Positions 33,013 through 46,330 of a stretch of DNA of 64,000 bases are shown one piece after another. A program made the translations under genes and the position numbers. The stretch is from Amphiscolops sp. MND2022. Lineage: Eukaryota. Numbering within the stretch: the first letter of the stretch is position 1; every line of letters begins with the position of its first letter. Location: positions 94,428,001 through 94,492,000 of the forward strand of contig OZ076409.1 in the NCBI GenBank assembly GCA_964187785.1. The letters are read 5' to 3'. The notes below the pieces were generated by a model. The model saw only the letters and a list, made by a program, of their open reading frames with translations, was not told where the DNA came from and ran no database searches.

Positions 33013-36000
33013 ATCTTCCTTATTGCCACAAAGGTATATGACGCCTTGTTTGTCGGGATTGGGGATGTTTTCTTGATAGTCATTTTAATTTTGGTCGCTT
33101 CTTCGTTGCGCGCATTTTGTCTCGCTTGTTCTTTTTGAAGTAGTATTTCCTCTTCAGTCCCGATTGTTTCCTCTGGTTGGAAGAAAAGCTGTTCTTCGTC
33201 TGCAACATCTGATGATTGTAGGTTGACTTGTATCGGTCTTTTTGTCATATGTTCTCCGATTTCGAGTTTGACTCGTTCTTTAGTGTTAAAGTCGATTCTT
33301 GACAAAAAGTCAGCTGAAGTAATTTGCGTTCCAGCTAGGTGCAGTATATAAAAGTTGAAATGCAGTACACAATAGCACGCATTCCATATTGTGAGAGGAA
33401 TCGCTTTTGTCTGAAAGAAACGTGTCACCGATCTGTTGTCAGTCATTACGAGCGTCGGTAGAGTTGTTTCGCACAATATATGGCTGTATTCTAAACATGT
33501 GTGGTATATCGCCAAGAGTTCTTAAAATAGATTGAATTTTTTAGTTGGGCTGGGAAAAACACTGTTGATCCAAATGCAACTGGTGCGAAGTTTTTTTTTG
33601 AGCTTAGTTTTTTCTCGTTGTCCTCTTCAATTTTTAAGCTGCTCCCGTCAGGAGGGTGTTTTGTTTGAGAGCCAATGCGCATGCCTCCGCTAGCGCTGGG
33701 TTGATCGCTTTGTAGTTGTCTAGTAACTCTTCTCGTTTTTTTTTAGATCTGTTTGTCTGCTTTCAATAGTTCGTAAAATCCGAGTAGTTCTTCTGACAGT
33801 CGCCGTGTGAAGTTGCGGTAATATTTGACGAATCTGATGTATCATTGTACATGTTTCTTCGATTTTGGGAATCGTTCATTTGCCAGAAGTTTTTGGACTT
33901 TGTGGTCTTGGGGAGCTATTCCTTGTGGTGTGAAGGTTCTCCTAAAAAATTCAACCTCAGTGACTCTGAAATGACATTTTTCAGGGGTTTGTTTGAATCC
34001 TGCTTTCCTGGTGCATTCGAAGACGGCGCTAATGTTGCGTATCAGCTGCGTCGCTGAGTAGGCGGCTATTCCATTGTCGTCGACGTATTAGGCGCATTGG
34101 TCTGCTTTAAATACTTTGTCTAAATATTCTCTCATGAAACTTGAGGATACTGATAGGGCTGTGCTCAACCCTTGTGCAAGGCGTTTGTAGGCGAAAGTCC
34201 TGCTTGCAAAGTTCAAGGCTAGCATTTCTATCGATCTTTGGTCCGCCATTTGCAGGCAATGATATGCCTGAGAACAAACTAGTTTGCAGAAGACATTTTC
34301 CCACCTAGATGTTTAGCTGCATCCGCCAAGGTGCTGACTGGGTGATTGTTGTTGGTGTAATCATCTGAGATAAGCGCGTTTATTTTTTGCAGGTCGTCAA
34401 AAAGACGCAATTTACCATTTGGTTTGCGTTGCGCAAAAATCGGATTTGCATATTTGGAGAAGAGTAGAGTCGTTATGCTGCCATATCGGTGCATTAACGC
34501 TAGTTCGACTGTTAGGTCCTCCTTCAAGTTGATTGGTACCGGTATGCTTTGAGTGTATATTGGGCGTTCATCTTTTAATGTTAGTTTTACATTGCAGTTG
34601 TTGTGTAACGAATATTGAGTCGATGACAAGCGACTCTGTCATTATAATCTACTATTGTTTGTTCTAGTTGCTTTCTATCGTATCCTTCAATCTGTGATCC
34701 TTCCCATTGGAACATGTCAAGGAATTTTTTATCTTGATTCTGCATCTTTGGTTGGATCTAACTCTTCTTTGTTGATAATTTCACGGATTTCTTTCATTAT
34801 TCGTCGTTGTATGAGCGTGTGTTCTTCTTCGTTCCCCGGGTTTTCCAGCGTGGGGAACCAGCGATTTTCATTCTTTTGTTTGTTTTCATTGAACTTCATG
34901 AGGTCGGTGACGTACATGTGGGTGTTTTCGAGATCTTGCGGTAGTTTTAAAACGGCTGCGACAATAGGTCGTATTTGTTTTGTATCTTCTGGTTTAAGAA
35001 TTTGGAGTTCAGCCAGTTTTGTATGCTTTTTGATAGTGTAGGGGAAGTCCGTCAAATTGGCCATTTAAATGTTGACTCGTTTGTTGTGGGCCGTTGCCAA
35101 TGCTGAGGCGACGATGATGGTGGCTCTTTCGTCAAATTGTGGTAGTGACTGTATCGCTCCCGTGATGTCATTTGTGTTGGTGGTAATTACCACTGCAATC
35201 ACCGTAGTTGTTTATTGCGATGGCAGCATTTGGTTCTCTTCTGTGAGTACTTGGAGCAGTTTTTGTTGCAATTTTTCATCTCATCAGACATTGCCAACGT
35301 CATCTCGAGGTGAGAAAAATTAATGGTCCCATTTGCTGTGTCGATCACAGGTTGGTGGTTTCTCATGAAGTTTAGTCCTATTATGGGGAAGGACGTCTTT
35401 GGGAGTATGACAAATGTGTCCGTGAATGTGTTGGTCCCGATGTTGAATTGGATATCAACTCTGACTATAGATTGTTCCAGTTGGGCGTTTGTGCATTCTA
35501 TTTTCAAGGGTGGTTGAGGGTATTCCTTGATGACGCAGCTCTCGCTGTTCATCTTAATTGCGTTGTAGTCTGACCAAGACATTGCATTGATGAACGCTCC
35601 TGAGTCGACAAGTCCTGTCCATAGTTATTTCGCCAAATTCGCATTACGACGCCAAAGTGGGAAAAACGTGAACTACAACGATTTCGTTGTAGTGATTTCA
35701 GATTTCTTGAACTAATGCTAATACATAGAGTTTTCAAGAATCGCGAAAAGCTAAGCGAAAACAAGTGGAGGATTTTTCCCGATTCTTGAATTAAATATAT
35801 TGCATAGCAAGCAAGAACGGTGAAAGTTTCAAGAATCGAGAAAAACAGCCACTAGCTGTTTTCCTCGATTCTTGAATTTTATGTTGATTCCACAAATTTA
35901 TATGAATCCTTGAAACATATATTTCAATTCTTCAAAACTTTTCATCAATTTTGTTACTCACGGTTTAGAAATTTTTGACAAGTTGCTTTTGACAAGTTAC

Positions 36001-37700
36001 GAAGTAAAAAGCTCTGATGAATCTGCTCCTGGTTGAGAAAAGAACCTCTACTGAAAAAAACTCTTTCAAAAATTCTAGTGAAATTCTCAAATAAAAAATC
36101 ATTTCAACACCTTAGAACCTGGCTGGTTTAGAATAATTTAACCTGAGCGATCATTTTAAACCTTTATTATAATTTTAACAAGGATTCGTCCGTTTCTTTG
36201 ATGAATAAATAATCATCAAATAATCAATAAATTGCACTATTAAAACATTTGAATCAGAATTCGGGGAATTTATCTAAGACTTCAGACGTTTCCCAAGAAT
36301 CCATAAACTTTCCAAGAATCGACAAAATTTCGAGAACCGACAAACTAATGTTAATACATTATCTCCATGTAATAACATTAGTGTCTAGATTCTCGAATGT
36401 TTTTTTCTCGATTCTTGAAATTGGTGGAGATACATGCGCACTGTTGTTTTCTCGATTCTTGACTTTAATAGACGGCATAAACATTTCCTTTGAAGTTCAA
36501 TTTTCAAGAATCGAGCAAAAATTCACTTCGCTGCGTTAAAAAACCACTTTTCTCGATTCATGAAAATTTGAAAATTTCAAACTTTGGCGTCGTAATGCGA
36601 GCGGCAGGTACAGCATTCTTCTTCGTTTTTTGAGTGATATGGTTGAGTGGAGTGGCCAAGCACACGTCTCCATCGTTTTTAGTTATGTATTACTTGATGG
36701 AGTCAAGTGAGATAGGGAAGTCAGCTGGGCAGATAGATTTCCTGTTGGAGCAGTTATTTTCTTCCTTGGGTGGTTGTGACGTAGGTTACACGTTATGGGC
36801 GTTTTCAGTTTGATCCACAGTGGGAGCAATGTGTTGGTCTCTGAATGTGAGGGAAGACTGGTCATATAGGCCTGGCCTATCCCAGGGGTCACATCTGTGT
36901 CGAAAACGTAGACTCTTTCTTGATTTGATTCTGGGAATGGTCTTTCAGTTGTCATGTACTGATCGTCGCACTCCTTGATCCATCCTGGGTATTCTTTTTG
37001 TTGTTCGTTTTTGGTTTTTATGTCTTTTTATTGTTGCGATTGCCTGATGTCTTAGCCAGTCTTCTGTTGGGGTTCCATTGCGCTTCGTTGAGTTGTTGGG
37101 ATATTCAGTGGGGGGATCTTCTATTGAATACGCCCTCGAGTCTACTGTTTTCCCGAAGCCCAGAAGCGGCGTATTTAGTTTTTTGATCCTTCGACAGTTT
37201 TGGTTGTCGTAGATCGGACGGAAAGATCCGTTTTTTGTTCTTGTTGGTTGTGGCGCTTGGGTCGTGGATCGTTGGCGGCGTTGGATCCCTTCCAACAACC
37301 TTCTGTTTTGTGGGGGTTTACCGCAAGTGTCGCATTTGAGCGTATTGCCTGGACTGGCATTAGCTTGGCCGTTGATTTTTCGAGTTTGTTGCCTTTTATC
37401 TCGTTTCATTTTTCGGCATTCTCCTTTAAAGTGGCCAACCTTATTACAATAGAAGCAAAACCTCTTTTTGGTGTTTTGAGTCCTGTTTTTTGCCTGTTTT
37501 GCTTTGGCATGGGGCTGCGTTACCTCAATCTTTAAAGGGACGAGCGTTACTTCGTCTGGCGTGGCAGTACGAAGGTTTTTTTCTCCAGGTGGAGTACTAT
37601 ATCATTATATGGTTGATCTTCCACATACGCTCTATTGAGTATTTTCTTGACGTGATCATCTTATGTATGATTTTTTTAAAGATCTGAATGATGTTTTCAC
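33013..37700 (-). mobile_element. Decayed Ty3/Gypsy LTR retrotransposon (gag, protease, RT, RNase H remnants)
   Basis: Knuckles CFYCNKVGHFKGEC and a frameshifted CDTCGKPHK..C; LVDSGA protease; PIFAQRKPNGKLRL and NNHPVSTLADAA (RT); VMTDNRSVTRFFQ (RNase H). Many frameshifts; clearly related to the element at 50629. Confidence 0.9.
35642..36597. mobile_element. ~956-bp MITE inserted in the Gypsy protease region
   Basis: Perfect 17-bp TIR CATTACGACGCCAAAGT/ACTTTGGCGTCGTAATG flanked by CG on both sides. Removing it restores MLYLPLEFGE. Internal TTCAAGAATCGAGAAAA-type motifs occur in both orientations. Confidence 0.88.
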
Positions 37701-38519
37701 TTAGAACTGACTTCATATAGGGTTTTCGTTTAGATTAGCCTATGGTCTCTATTTCAAGACGCATTTTAATTTAGTTTTCAGGTGGAGAATGTTTTCATCG
37801 CAACACGCGCAATCGTCTTAGCGGAAGATCATTTTTAGTCTTAGTGAAATCATTTTAGTCTTTTTCAGTTTTCTAGCATTCATTTTCATATAAGGTTTGC
37901 GCAAAATGGGCGCGTGATTCTTGTTCTTAGTCACAGTTTGTTTCGATTAAAGTTTCAGTGTAACAGTTTAAGTACCATCTTGGAAATCTCGATCCGCAGC
38001 CATGACCTCTCCCAGCATCTACTCGCGTGCGCCCACAAATCAGTAGTCCGGGAGCGGGATGTGACAAAATTGTAGCGTTATTAGAAAACGATGTTACTTA
38101 ATCAAGATTTCTTGATATTTAGATGATGAAAATCGTAGCCTTAAACCATAATAGCGCTGATCGATAATTTATCTTTTATTCTAATTTTGAGGCTTATTTC
38201 AGATGCTGAAGGCGTTAATTAGCCCGATAACATAAATTTGGCCGTATTGGGTTGTAGTGTGCCATGAATTTGTGTATAGACATGGTGTTGAAACAAACAC
38301 ATGAAGTGCCACTGTATGCTACTTGTAGTGTTGAATCATGATTACATCAAAGATATTTTGTTGTTTCCTTCAAGTCGAATTTTGCTGTGAGGCATAGGTA
38401 GCCTTTGAGCTGGCGCTTCTTGAAGTGGAACGCGACTATTGTAGTGACATTTTGTCTATTTTTTTTCAATCCACACGAACCGACCAAAATATTTCCTAAT
38501 ACATCTAGGAAAGATTTTC

Positions 38520-38836
38520 CTCTTTTGCCGCGTATTATACAAGAATATACAAGAATTATACAAGACTAAAGGGTTCCCCCTCTCACTTGTTTTGGCATTG
38601 TGGGACTTTTTTGAAAAAACCTTCCCCAAGTTTTTTGATGTTTTGCAATAATGGATGCTAAAAATGCGAAAAAGTCCCCACTTTTAGCGCGCAAAATATA
38701 GCGGTTCAGCGTTTGGTGTTTTCGGGTACAGGAAGAGAATAATTGACACTTAACACTTAATTCCTTTTGACACTAAATCCTATAGCTATTTGTCAGCCTT
38801 AGATGTGGCGCCGACTTATGCTGTTCCCGGCTTGTT
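38520..38836 (-). mobile_element. HINE-like repeat, copy 4 (diverged, left boundary approximate)
   Basis: Ends AGCCTTAGATGTGGCGCCGACTTATGCTGTTCCCGGCTTGTT. Confidence 0.5.
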
Positions 38837-39573
38837 CAAACTAGAGTAAATGGGTTTTTAGAGCCATGAGGTGCTAAATTTAGCATAATGATCTTCAATA
38901 TTTCAAAAATCATACATCTGGTAGTTTATATAGCCTGCCCCAGAACTCCTTGACAGAATGAGCTCATATTAGTATTCCAACTTGTTTGAAAACGTTGAGC
39001 TAAAAGTTGATCATAAAAACTACTCAGGAAAACGAAATGTTACGTTTCTGAAACATTTTTTATGCCTTCGACAAGGAGACAGGAAGCAAAAGCTAGGCGA
39101 TCGAAGGAAATGGACGTCATGTCTGTTTATGGGAACATAGATGTAATCCTAGGAGGTAAAACTACAAACTAAAAGAGAATTAGTAAGCGCAATAACTAGC
39201 CCTGCAAGTCATCGACACGGAAGCGCTTTCTCTTCGAGAAAGAGTGACACTGAGTCTGGGACGTCCACTAAACTAGTAAACACCAAACTAGCGAAAAAGG
39301 ATTGTAGGTCTGCTTTCTAAGAGAATCTGCGGATCTAAACCCTTACAGATATGGGCATAAATACTTGTCGATTGTCTGCATAGTAGTTGTTTAGTCACTT
39401 GAAGCGAAAGTTGTCCGGATTTTTGAATACGTTTCAAAACGAAAAAAGCAAAATTTAAATTCTGGAGCATGGCGAAATTGTTTAGGAAACCCCCTGTTCA
39501 ACGCACACTTTCACTGCCATAAATTAAAATGAGCAACTTTCAACCGTGAATTACTGTAAAAGAATATGTCGAC

Positions 39574-41376
39574 TGTCAGAACTACGTGTAGGTTGCTTTG
39601 AGGATCTTGCCCTTGATCATTTGAGTTTGAATTACTACAATTCTCCCTCATGACTAGCATAAGGTTCTTCAGTTGACCGACTTCTGATCTTCCTCGCGTT
39701 AATCGTCCTCTCGTAGCTATTCTTATTTCAGCTATTTGGGACAACACGCTAGAACGCTAGAACCTCCTACTGACTCGGTGTCTGCAGTGCTGGGGTCAGT
39801 AACTATTACGGAATCAGAGGATTGTGTATGAGGAGTCAGATCAAGAAGTCTTCTGCTTCTACGTTTGGTACCTTCTTCTGAACTCATATGTTGAACAAGA
39901 GACTGTTTTGAGTAAGGACTGGAATGTCGATGATTTTTCAATACAGTGATATTTAATCTTCCGAAAATTTCACTAATCTAGAACTAAAATGAATTGAACT
40001 GTTACAAACTGATAATAATGTTATTCACGATCGGAATGCCACGAATTGTTGTTTTGCTTGTCGAATACATTTTACTGCTCTGGTCTCTCTGCGAATCTTT
40101 TAGACCAGGAATGCAAGAAGCGAGTTCAGCTCCGGATTGCGAAATGATTAGCCAGCTTAAGTTTGAGATTTGAAAAGTCAAAGGTAGCAAAACTGACTGA
40201 AAACAACTAAAAAGTAACAACCTTGTAGTAGGCAGTATGAGTTTTTTACTAGTCTATTTGGCGGTTCTCCTTTAGCAAATTGCGTACTACGCTTGGTTAG
40301 TAAGGCACAGTTCCTACCAATCGTCCTTTCTCATTGGTTGGTTCTCCAGGTGTTAATAAGTAGTCGTGTGACTACCTATGTCGCAATTTGCTGCTGGATG
40401 TCCAGAGCCAATGCCGGTTTACCATGATAACTAAATCTCCATACTGCATCACTTTACCACCAATAGTTACCAGCACAGCATTTTTTCGTAACCATGGTGA
40501 TGTAAAAGCGGTGAACTTTCACACCAAGTACAACAACAAGTATATTCTCACAGCTATTGTGAGCACCGATGACTTACCTATAAATTTTTAATCCGCCACT
40601 CTTTTGTAGGTAATTTTAAGATGAAGTCTCCTCAACTCCCTGACAAGCAAATATCTTCTAGCTGTGTCAGAGTAACTTTCTACTCTGATCTTCCTTAAGT
40701 GATGTAAAATCGATGTTTTTTGCTTGTAGGGAAACGAGAAGAGGTTGATGATTGGTTAGGCGAATCAATACTGACGTGAAAAAGTGAAATCAACTGATCA
40801 GATGTTCTACGGATGAATATAATAAGCTATTTCAGCTGAAGGATATGCTATTCAAAGCAACTACAAATCCGCTGATGGATTCACGATGAAGTTAAACTGT
40901 GATGACGTTAGCAAAGTTCTGATTGTTGTTAGTGACGAAGAAAATTGGATGATCTTTGCGATTTTTCATCAGAATAATCAATGGGATGAATTCGCGAGGG
41001 AATGTCAAGACAGTTGCGCCCTGAGGCGGGAGCTTGCTGTCGGTAGCGAAATAGTTCATCTTTTTTATATTTGCGTCAGTCCAGTTTGACTGAAAACTAC
41101 TCTCTCCTCTTTTGTGACACGCCATTATTCTAAACTAGCATTTTGCTACTTGAATGATCATAGTTGCGAACACCAGATTAAGGGGGCTCAATAGGTAATT
41201 AAATAGGTAACTCAAGCACAGGTGGAAAACGGGATTAAGTACAAACAGACGTAGAGTTGCGCACAACCATAGCTTTTATCATATGGCCCTATATTGTCCA
41301 TAAGTATGTACCTATGACATAGTATTTAACTTTACAGATGTTTAGTAGATTACATTTCCATCACGCTGGCATGACA
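39574..41376 (-). mobile_element. Solo LTR (1803 bp) of a Gypsy-type family
   Basis: TGTCA...TGACA termini with a 5-bp TSD TCGAC (39569-39573 and 41377-41381). The minus strand starts TGTCATGCC and ends GTTCTGACA, like the LTR at 50629-51838. Confidence 0.8.
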
Positions 41377-43759
41377 TCGACATTATTGCAAATGGTGATA
41401 TTGAAATCTTAAAAGTATGAAAATGAAAGATACGTTTGATGTGAGCTAGGATATTCTCGAAGCTTCCGAACACCTTTGATAGGGACAGAGAAGTTCTGTT
41501 CTGAATAAATTCAAGTGTATGCATTTCGGCTGCAAGGATTAGTCGATTGAAAAAAATATAATACCTAAGAGCTCCCGCTTGATTGTCGGCTTGGAGAAAA
41601 AATCCCGGGTTTTCTCCACGGTTCTTTTATGGTTTCGTAGTGCCATCGCCACACGCAAGTTCGCAGGTACAACAACACAGGTGGTGACTACATTTGTCTA
41701 TAAGCATAGCCCTTACATCAAACCACCTGCCAACCCTGTATTTGAGCATCTCAGATGTACGGCATTCAAGGTCAGAAAACAGCTGAACGAAGAATTAACT
41801 GGTTATTCATATATCTTTTAGTTTCTGATGTTACGTGAGCTGACATTATGCCTCTCACTAAGTCTAATGTAACGACCTTTTTCAAAACTTTTTGGGTTCT
41901 TGAATTTGTCATACTTTGCTTCAATGCTCAAAATCCTTGCGACTTCCAAATCTTGCTCAGTTATAATGTGTTCCGCGAAAACCACACGACGATTTTGTCG
42001 TTCTTAATTTTTTGCAAATGTTGACTGCGTTATAAAATTTGTCCCAGTCAATTCTCAAAACGAGACTTTATAAAACAGATTTGATAATAGCCAAGCTCAA
42101 AACGTGTTTAAAATTCATTCAAACACAAATTTCTCTCTGCAATAACTACAAAATTTTCTGTTGATATTTCTACTTTTTGTCAGGAAGCCTGGAGGAACGA
42201 CGGCTCGGAATCAAGTTCGAAGCTGACGTGTCTTTGAAAATAGGCAGACAGAAATTCTCCAGGAACAAATGCAAGCATGTCTTTGGATGAGACTTCCCAA
42301 AATTCTAACAACAAATTTGCTTTCAAAGAACAGCTTTCTATTCAATGATGAAATAATAATCTGTCGCGGTAAAACGAGACACATCAGTACTTGAAAAGCA
42401 AAAAATGGTTTGAAGGATTTACAGAAGCGCATTTCAAAAACGATAAATTGGAACTTATCAAAGGATGTATAATTACAACCGAACTCTTTGATTAGATTCA
42501 ACAAAAACCCTTCGTCTACCATTTTTCTATGTTGAGTGATTGTTCAATTAAACTTAGAAGCATCTTTGAATTTTTCTTGAGGATTTTCATCAACTTTGAG
42601 AACCATTTTTTCCAATCTTTGGAAACATTCTGGTTCTTGGTCACTGATACTCTGGAATAAACTGTTGCTGAAAAGTAGGTGAAGCTTGAATACCTTTACA
42701 ATGTTGAATAGCATTTCATTGTGCTGAAAACGTGCTGAAAACTGCTTACAGTGCATGAGAAAAGAAATTTGGATGTTTTGTTTACCTAAAACATATGTGA
42801 ATCAACTTTTACACCACCATGTGCGTTAGAAAGACTACCGCCACTATTGGCCCCTAAATACCAGTAAATCTGCTTGTCTTCCGCAGGTCAAATTACATGC
42901 GTGTCACCTTTCAAACAGATCACATTTGCTCGTAAATTGTTGGTAATTTTACGTTCAAACTAAACGTACTTGCAAATTCAGATCGCTGGCAGTAAAAATG
43001 TCATTTCAATCATATCAATCATTTGAATTCTGATCATGTTCAATGGATCAAGGGTGTTTTTAGTAAAAATTATAGTCAATCAAAAAAACCATACTTTTTT
43101 CGAATCAAATGATTTTTTTTCAAATTTCAAACCAGAATTTTTCAAATCTGTTCTGTTGAATTTGAAAAAGTATAATTTTGGTTTTGACTTAGTATGGTAT
43201 GACACATTTATAAAACAGAGTAATGTTTTTGAAAGATGGACAGACCTTTGTCGTTCACTTTGCTTGAATCGATTTCTTGGAGTACCATGTGAACTGTTGC
43301 TATTTAACCTGCGGTTCTTGTTTCCCTTGAAAGTGATCCACCTTCCGTCCAAAGTGACAGCGTTTAGCGCATTTTGGACTTTTCTGGACATTCAAGCTGT
43401 TTTTTTTTTGAATTTGTGCCACGCATTGTTTTCTTTGGTCTACCTCGACTTTCTTCCTTTTCATCATAGTCTGATGATTTGTGTAAAATTAGTACACACA
43501 CTTCTGTACGTGAACTGTTATCGTTTCTATCTTTGTACGGCCCTTTTTGAATTTTTTTTCAAACCATAGTCGCCAGTGGAATCCATTGAGAAGGATGATG
43601 TTTCTTCCAATTCTGTTTCCAAATCACAACAGGTTTTTGTTTCTCGGGATGCGTATTCACACATCAGCGGATAAAGCACATCTGTACCGCTAAAACTCGA
43701 AACAGTTCGTCTTTTTCTGGTGTGTGGTCCTTTCCGGAGGAAAGCTCAATTGCAACAGA

Positions 43760-46330
43760 GCATAATGTCTTAGGAATTTCTCACCACTCATACTGGTGAA
43801 AATCCTAGATTTTTAAACCTTGCATATCATATACCCAATTCTGATAATAATATCTCAGGCGAATGTCATCGTAAAGAATTTCATCGTTTAGAAACCTCAA
43901 ATCTCCAACTTGAGTTCGAAATAACTGCTGACCTCCTAATCCTTCTCATATCACTGTAAATACTAAAATTCTTTCCTATCCTTTAATTGCAACCAGGTTA
44001 AACCTTTCCGTTAGCGGCATCCTCCATCTCGTCTAATTCACGGATCTATCACCAACCTCTACACTCTCACATTTTTGAAATATACTGCACAACTTTAATC
44101 CTTCCACTCATGTTTTCTCAACACATCCAACTACTACACCTTCTGCTTTCTTTTTTCCCTCACTTTTTAGGACATATCTCTTCTACTGTTTCTCACACAA
44201 ATTTTGTTGACCTTAAGGACCTCATCTTTCAGACTTTCTTGTTTCTCTTTCTGATTGCTCTAAAGAACATAACCTTATTGGTACTGACAACCCTCAACGT
44301 GATGCTTTTGATTATAGTATCTTTTTTGACGACATTCAAAAAGAACGCCTTCTTGAAACTAAATAACCTCCTTTTCGCATAACTAAACTCAAAGCCTTTC
44401 ATTATGCCGCTTTTGCCTGGATTATCGATTCTCAACAAGTATTAATTTCTTCTCTTAGAAACGCCGTCTGTTGGACCGCTATGATTATTTAACTAAAAAA
44501 ATCAGTTAATCTTTAATGGTTACAGAAATTGAAATTACATTTGAACATGAAGAAAATAAATTATTATACAATGGACATACCTTACTTTGTCTCCATGATG
44601 ATGATTTTTGTAACCCCACAATTTTGACACCCCTCACCATAGTTTGGTTCCTTGAAGGTTTACGTCTCATCTTTTCCATTCTCTCACTTAATGGACGAAT
44701 TACTAAAATCAATACCCGTTGTTGGCTTGAAACGGAACACGTTTTTAATCATAATATCTGAATCCGTCCTTTTTAAACACCCTAACATGACTCTGAATCT
44801 CATACACGCATTTCCCGATTGAAATCTTCCCCGAAAGTAAAATATTCTGTAACAAACCTACACCTCTGTACACCACTCAATATCCTGATCCCTTTATTAC
44901 CTATAGAGGAGGTTCGATTATGCAAACTGGTCAACGAAATCCTCTTCAGTTGCCCGAAGATGAACAATATGACTGTCTATCAACCCAACTGATTTCTAGT
45001 AATGTCGTCCAAGATCAAAATAAATTACTATTCCCAGCTCTAAGCTTCTCCAAAAATTTTGCTACCATTGCTGTTGAAGCTCAAAATATTACAAAATTTT
45101 ATTACTCTATCAATCATGTTTTCAAAACCATGACACTGGCCGAATTGAACACTCTCCATACTACTTCTGAAATTGAACGAACTCAATTTTTGACCAACTG
45201 TGCAATGCTTGTTACAAATTCATAAAAGCTGTTTTTTTCCTCGAAAAGTAGTAGTTTTGTATGTGCCGAAGGCTCCACCGCTTGGCTTGATAATTGTCCA
45301 CATCAATTTTCTCTTTTATATATCAGTGAAAAATGTTATCATAAAATTCCTGTCAACAATAATGATACTGTCATGCATGTTGATCCTCGTCAACATGTGT
45401 GTTATACGTGTCAAAATTTTGAGTATGCAAATCAAAAACCATGTTGAAGCAAGACGCCCACTAAGCACCAGTTTATTTTCCGCCCTGTTCGCCTCACCAA
45501 CTAAGCCATAGCTATTTTGGGAGGAGGAATAGGATCTAAAGAATAAGATCTAAACTTTAGTGAGTTTAGATCTTACTCCTTTTAGATCTTATTCCCGCCC
45601 TGAAATTTGAGATCTTAATCCCTTTTCAATTTTATTCCCTTTTTCGACTTTAGATATTATTCCCGCTGTATGCTATTTTAGTTTTTTGACTATTTCAGTT
45701 ATTAATAGCTATATAAAATGGTCAAGTAATCAAAATGTGGAGATTGTGGAGATTCGGCAAAATTTGGAAATAAATCGCGTCACAGATCATAATTTTCCTC
45801 CCCCATTTATAAAATGTGGGGTCGGAAAATAACATCTCTCAAAATGTTATCGCTCTCGATCCATACCTCGGTCAATACTATATTTTAACCTAAAACCTAA
45901 AAACGACACTCCTCAGTTTTCTGAACCAAAAGAACTCAAGCATTTTTGGAACCGTGTTCTTTTTGCCAAGCACGCCTATTGTACATCACAACTACTAGGT
46001 AAAACTGTCAGGTATGGATTTCAAGAATAAACAAATGTCTGAATTTATGGCTGATAATCCAATCCAATGTCTTAGAATCGGTCTTATGATTATATGTCAA
46101 GTCATACTCCTTTCTCTACTCCTAAACGGTTTACAGAGGCGTTCGATAAACTTTTTTGATGCCCCTGTTACATTTTAACCCAATGAGGAATCTGTTTTTT
46201 CACTGCTATTCTTCAATCAGCCTTTAATGCAATTCTTAGTGTTTATCGTTCATTCAGCGTTAAAAAAATTTTGAAAGTGAAATTACTCTGATTTCTGCAT
46301 TTGGTTATGGCTTCTTTGGAACCGTAACCA
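43760..46330 (+). pseudogene. Decayed class III (gB/chuvirus-G-like) envelope glycoprotein gene; boundaries approximate
   Basis: Fragments LLYNGHTLLCLHDDDFCNPT..TIVW, ELNTLHTTSEIERTQFL, AEGSTAWLDNCPH...SEKCYHKIPV and QNVIALDP occur in the expected order; many frameshifts. Confidence 0.5.

Noticed and set aside
32784..33076. ORFs spanning the N run
   Set aside because: Artefacts of the assembly gap; only the RNase H part above 33013 is real.
42000..43700. Possible heavily decayed ATPase or other ORFs of another Polinton family on the minus strand
   Set aside because: Only faint motif echoes (SLFQ, possible P-loop); not supportable without a homology search.
45400..45834. TGTTAT...ATAACA segment as a solo LTR
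   Set aside because: No TSD, and the right end can be read as env coding sequence (ENNISQNVIALDP).
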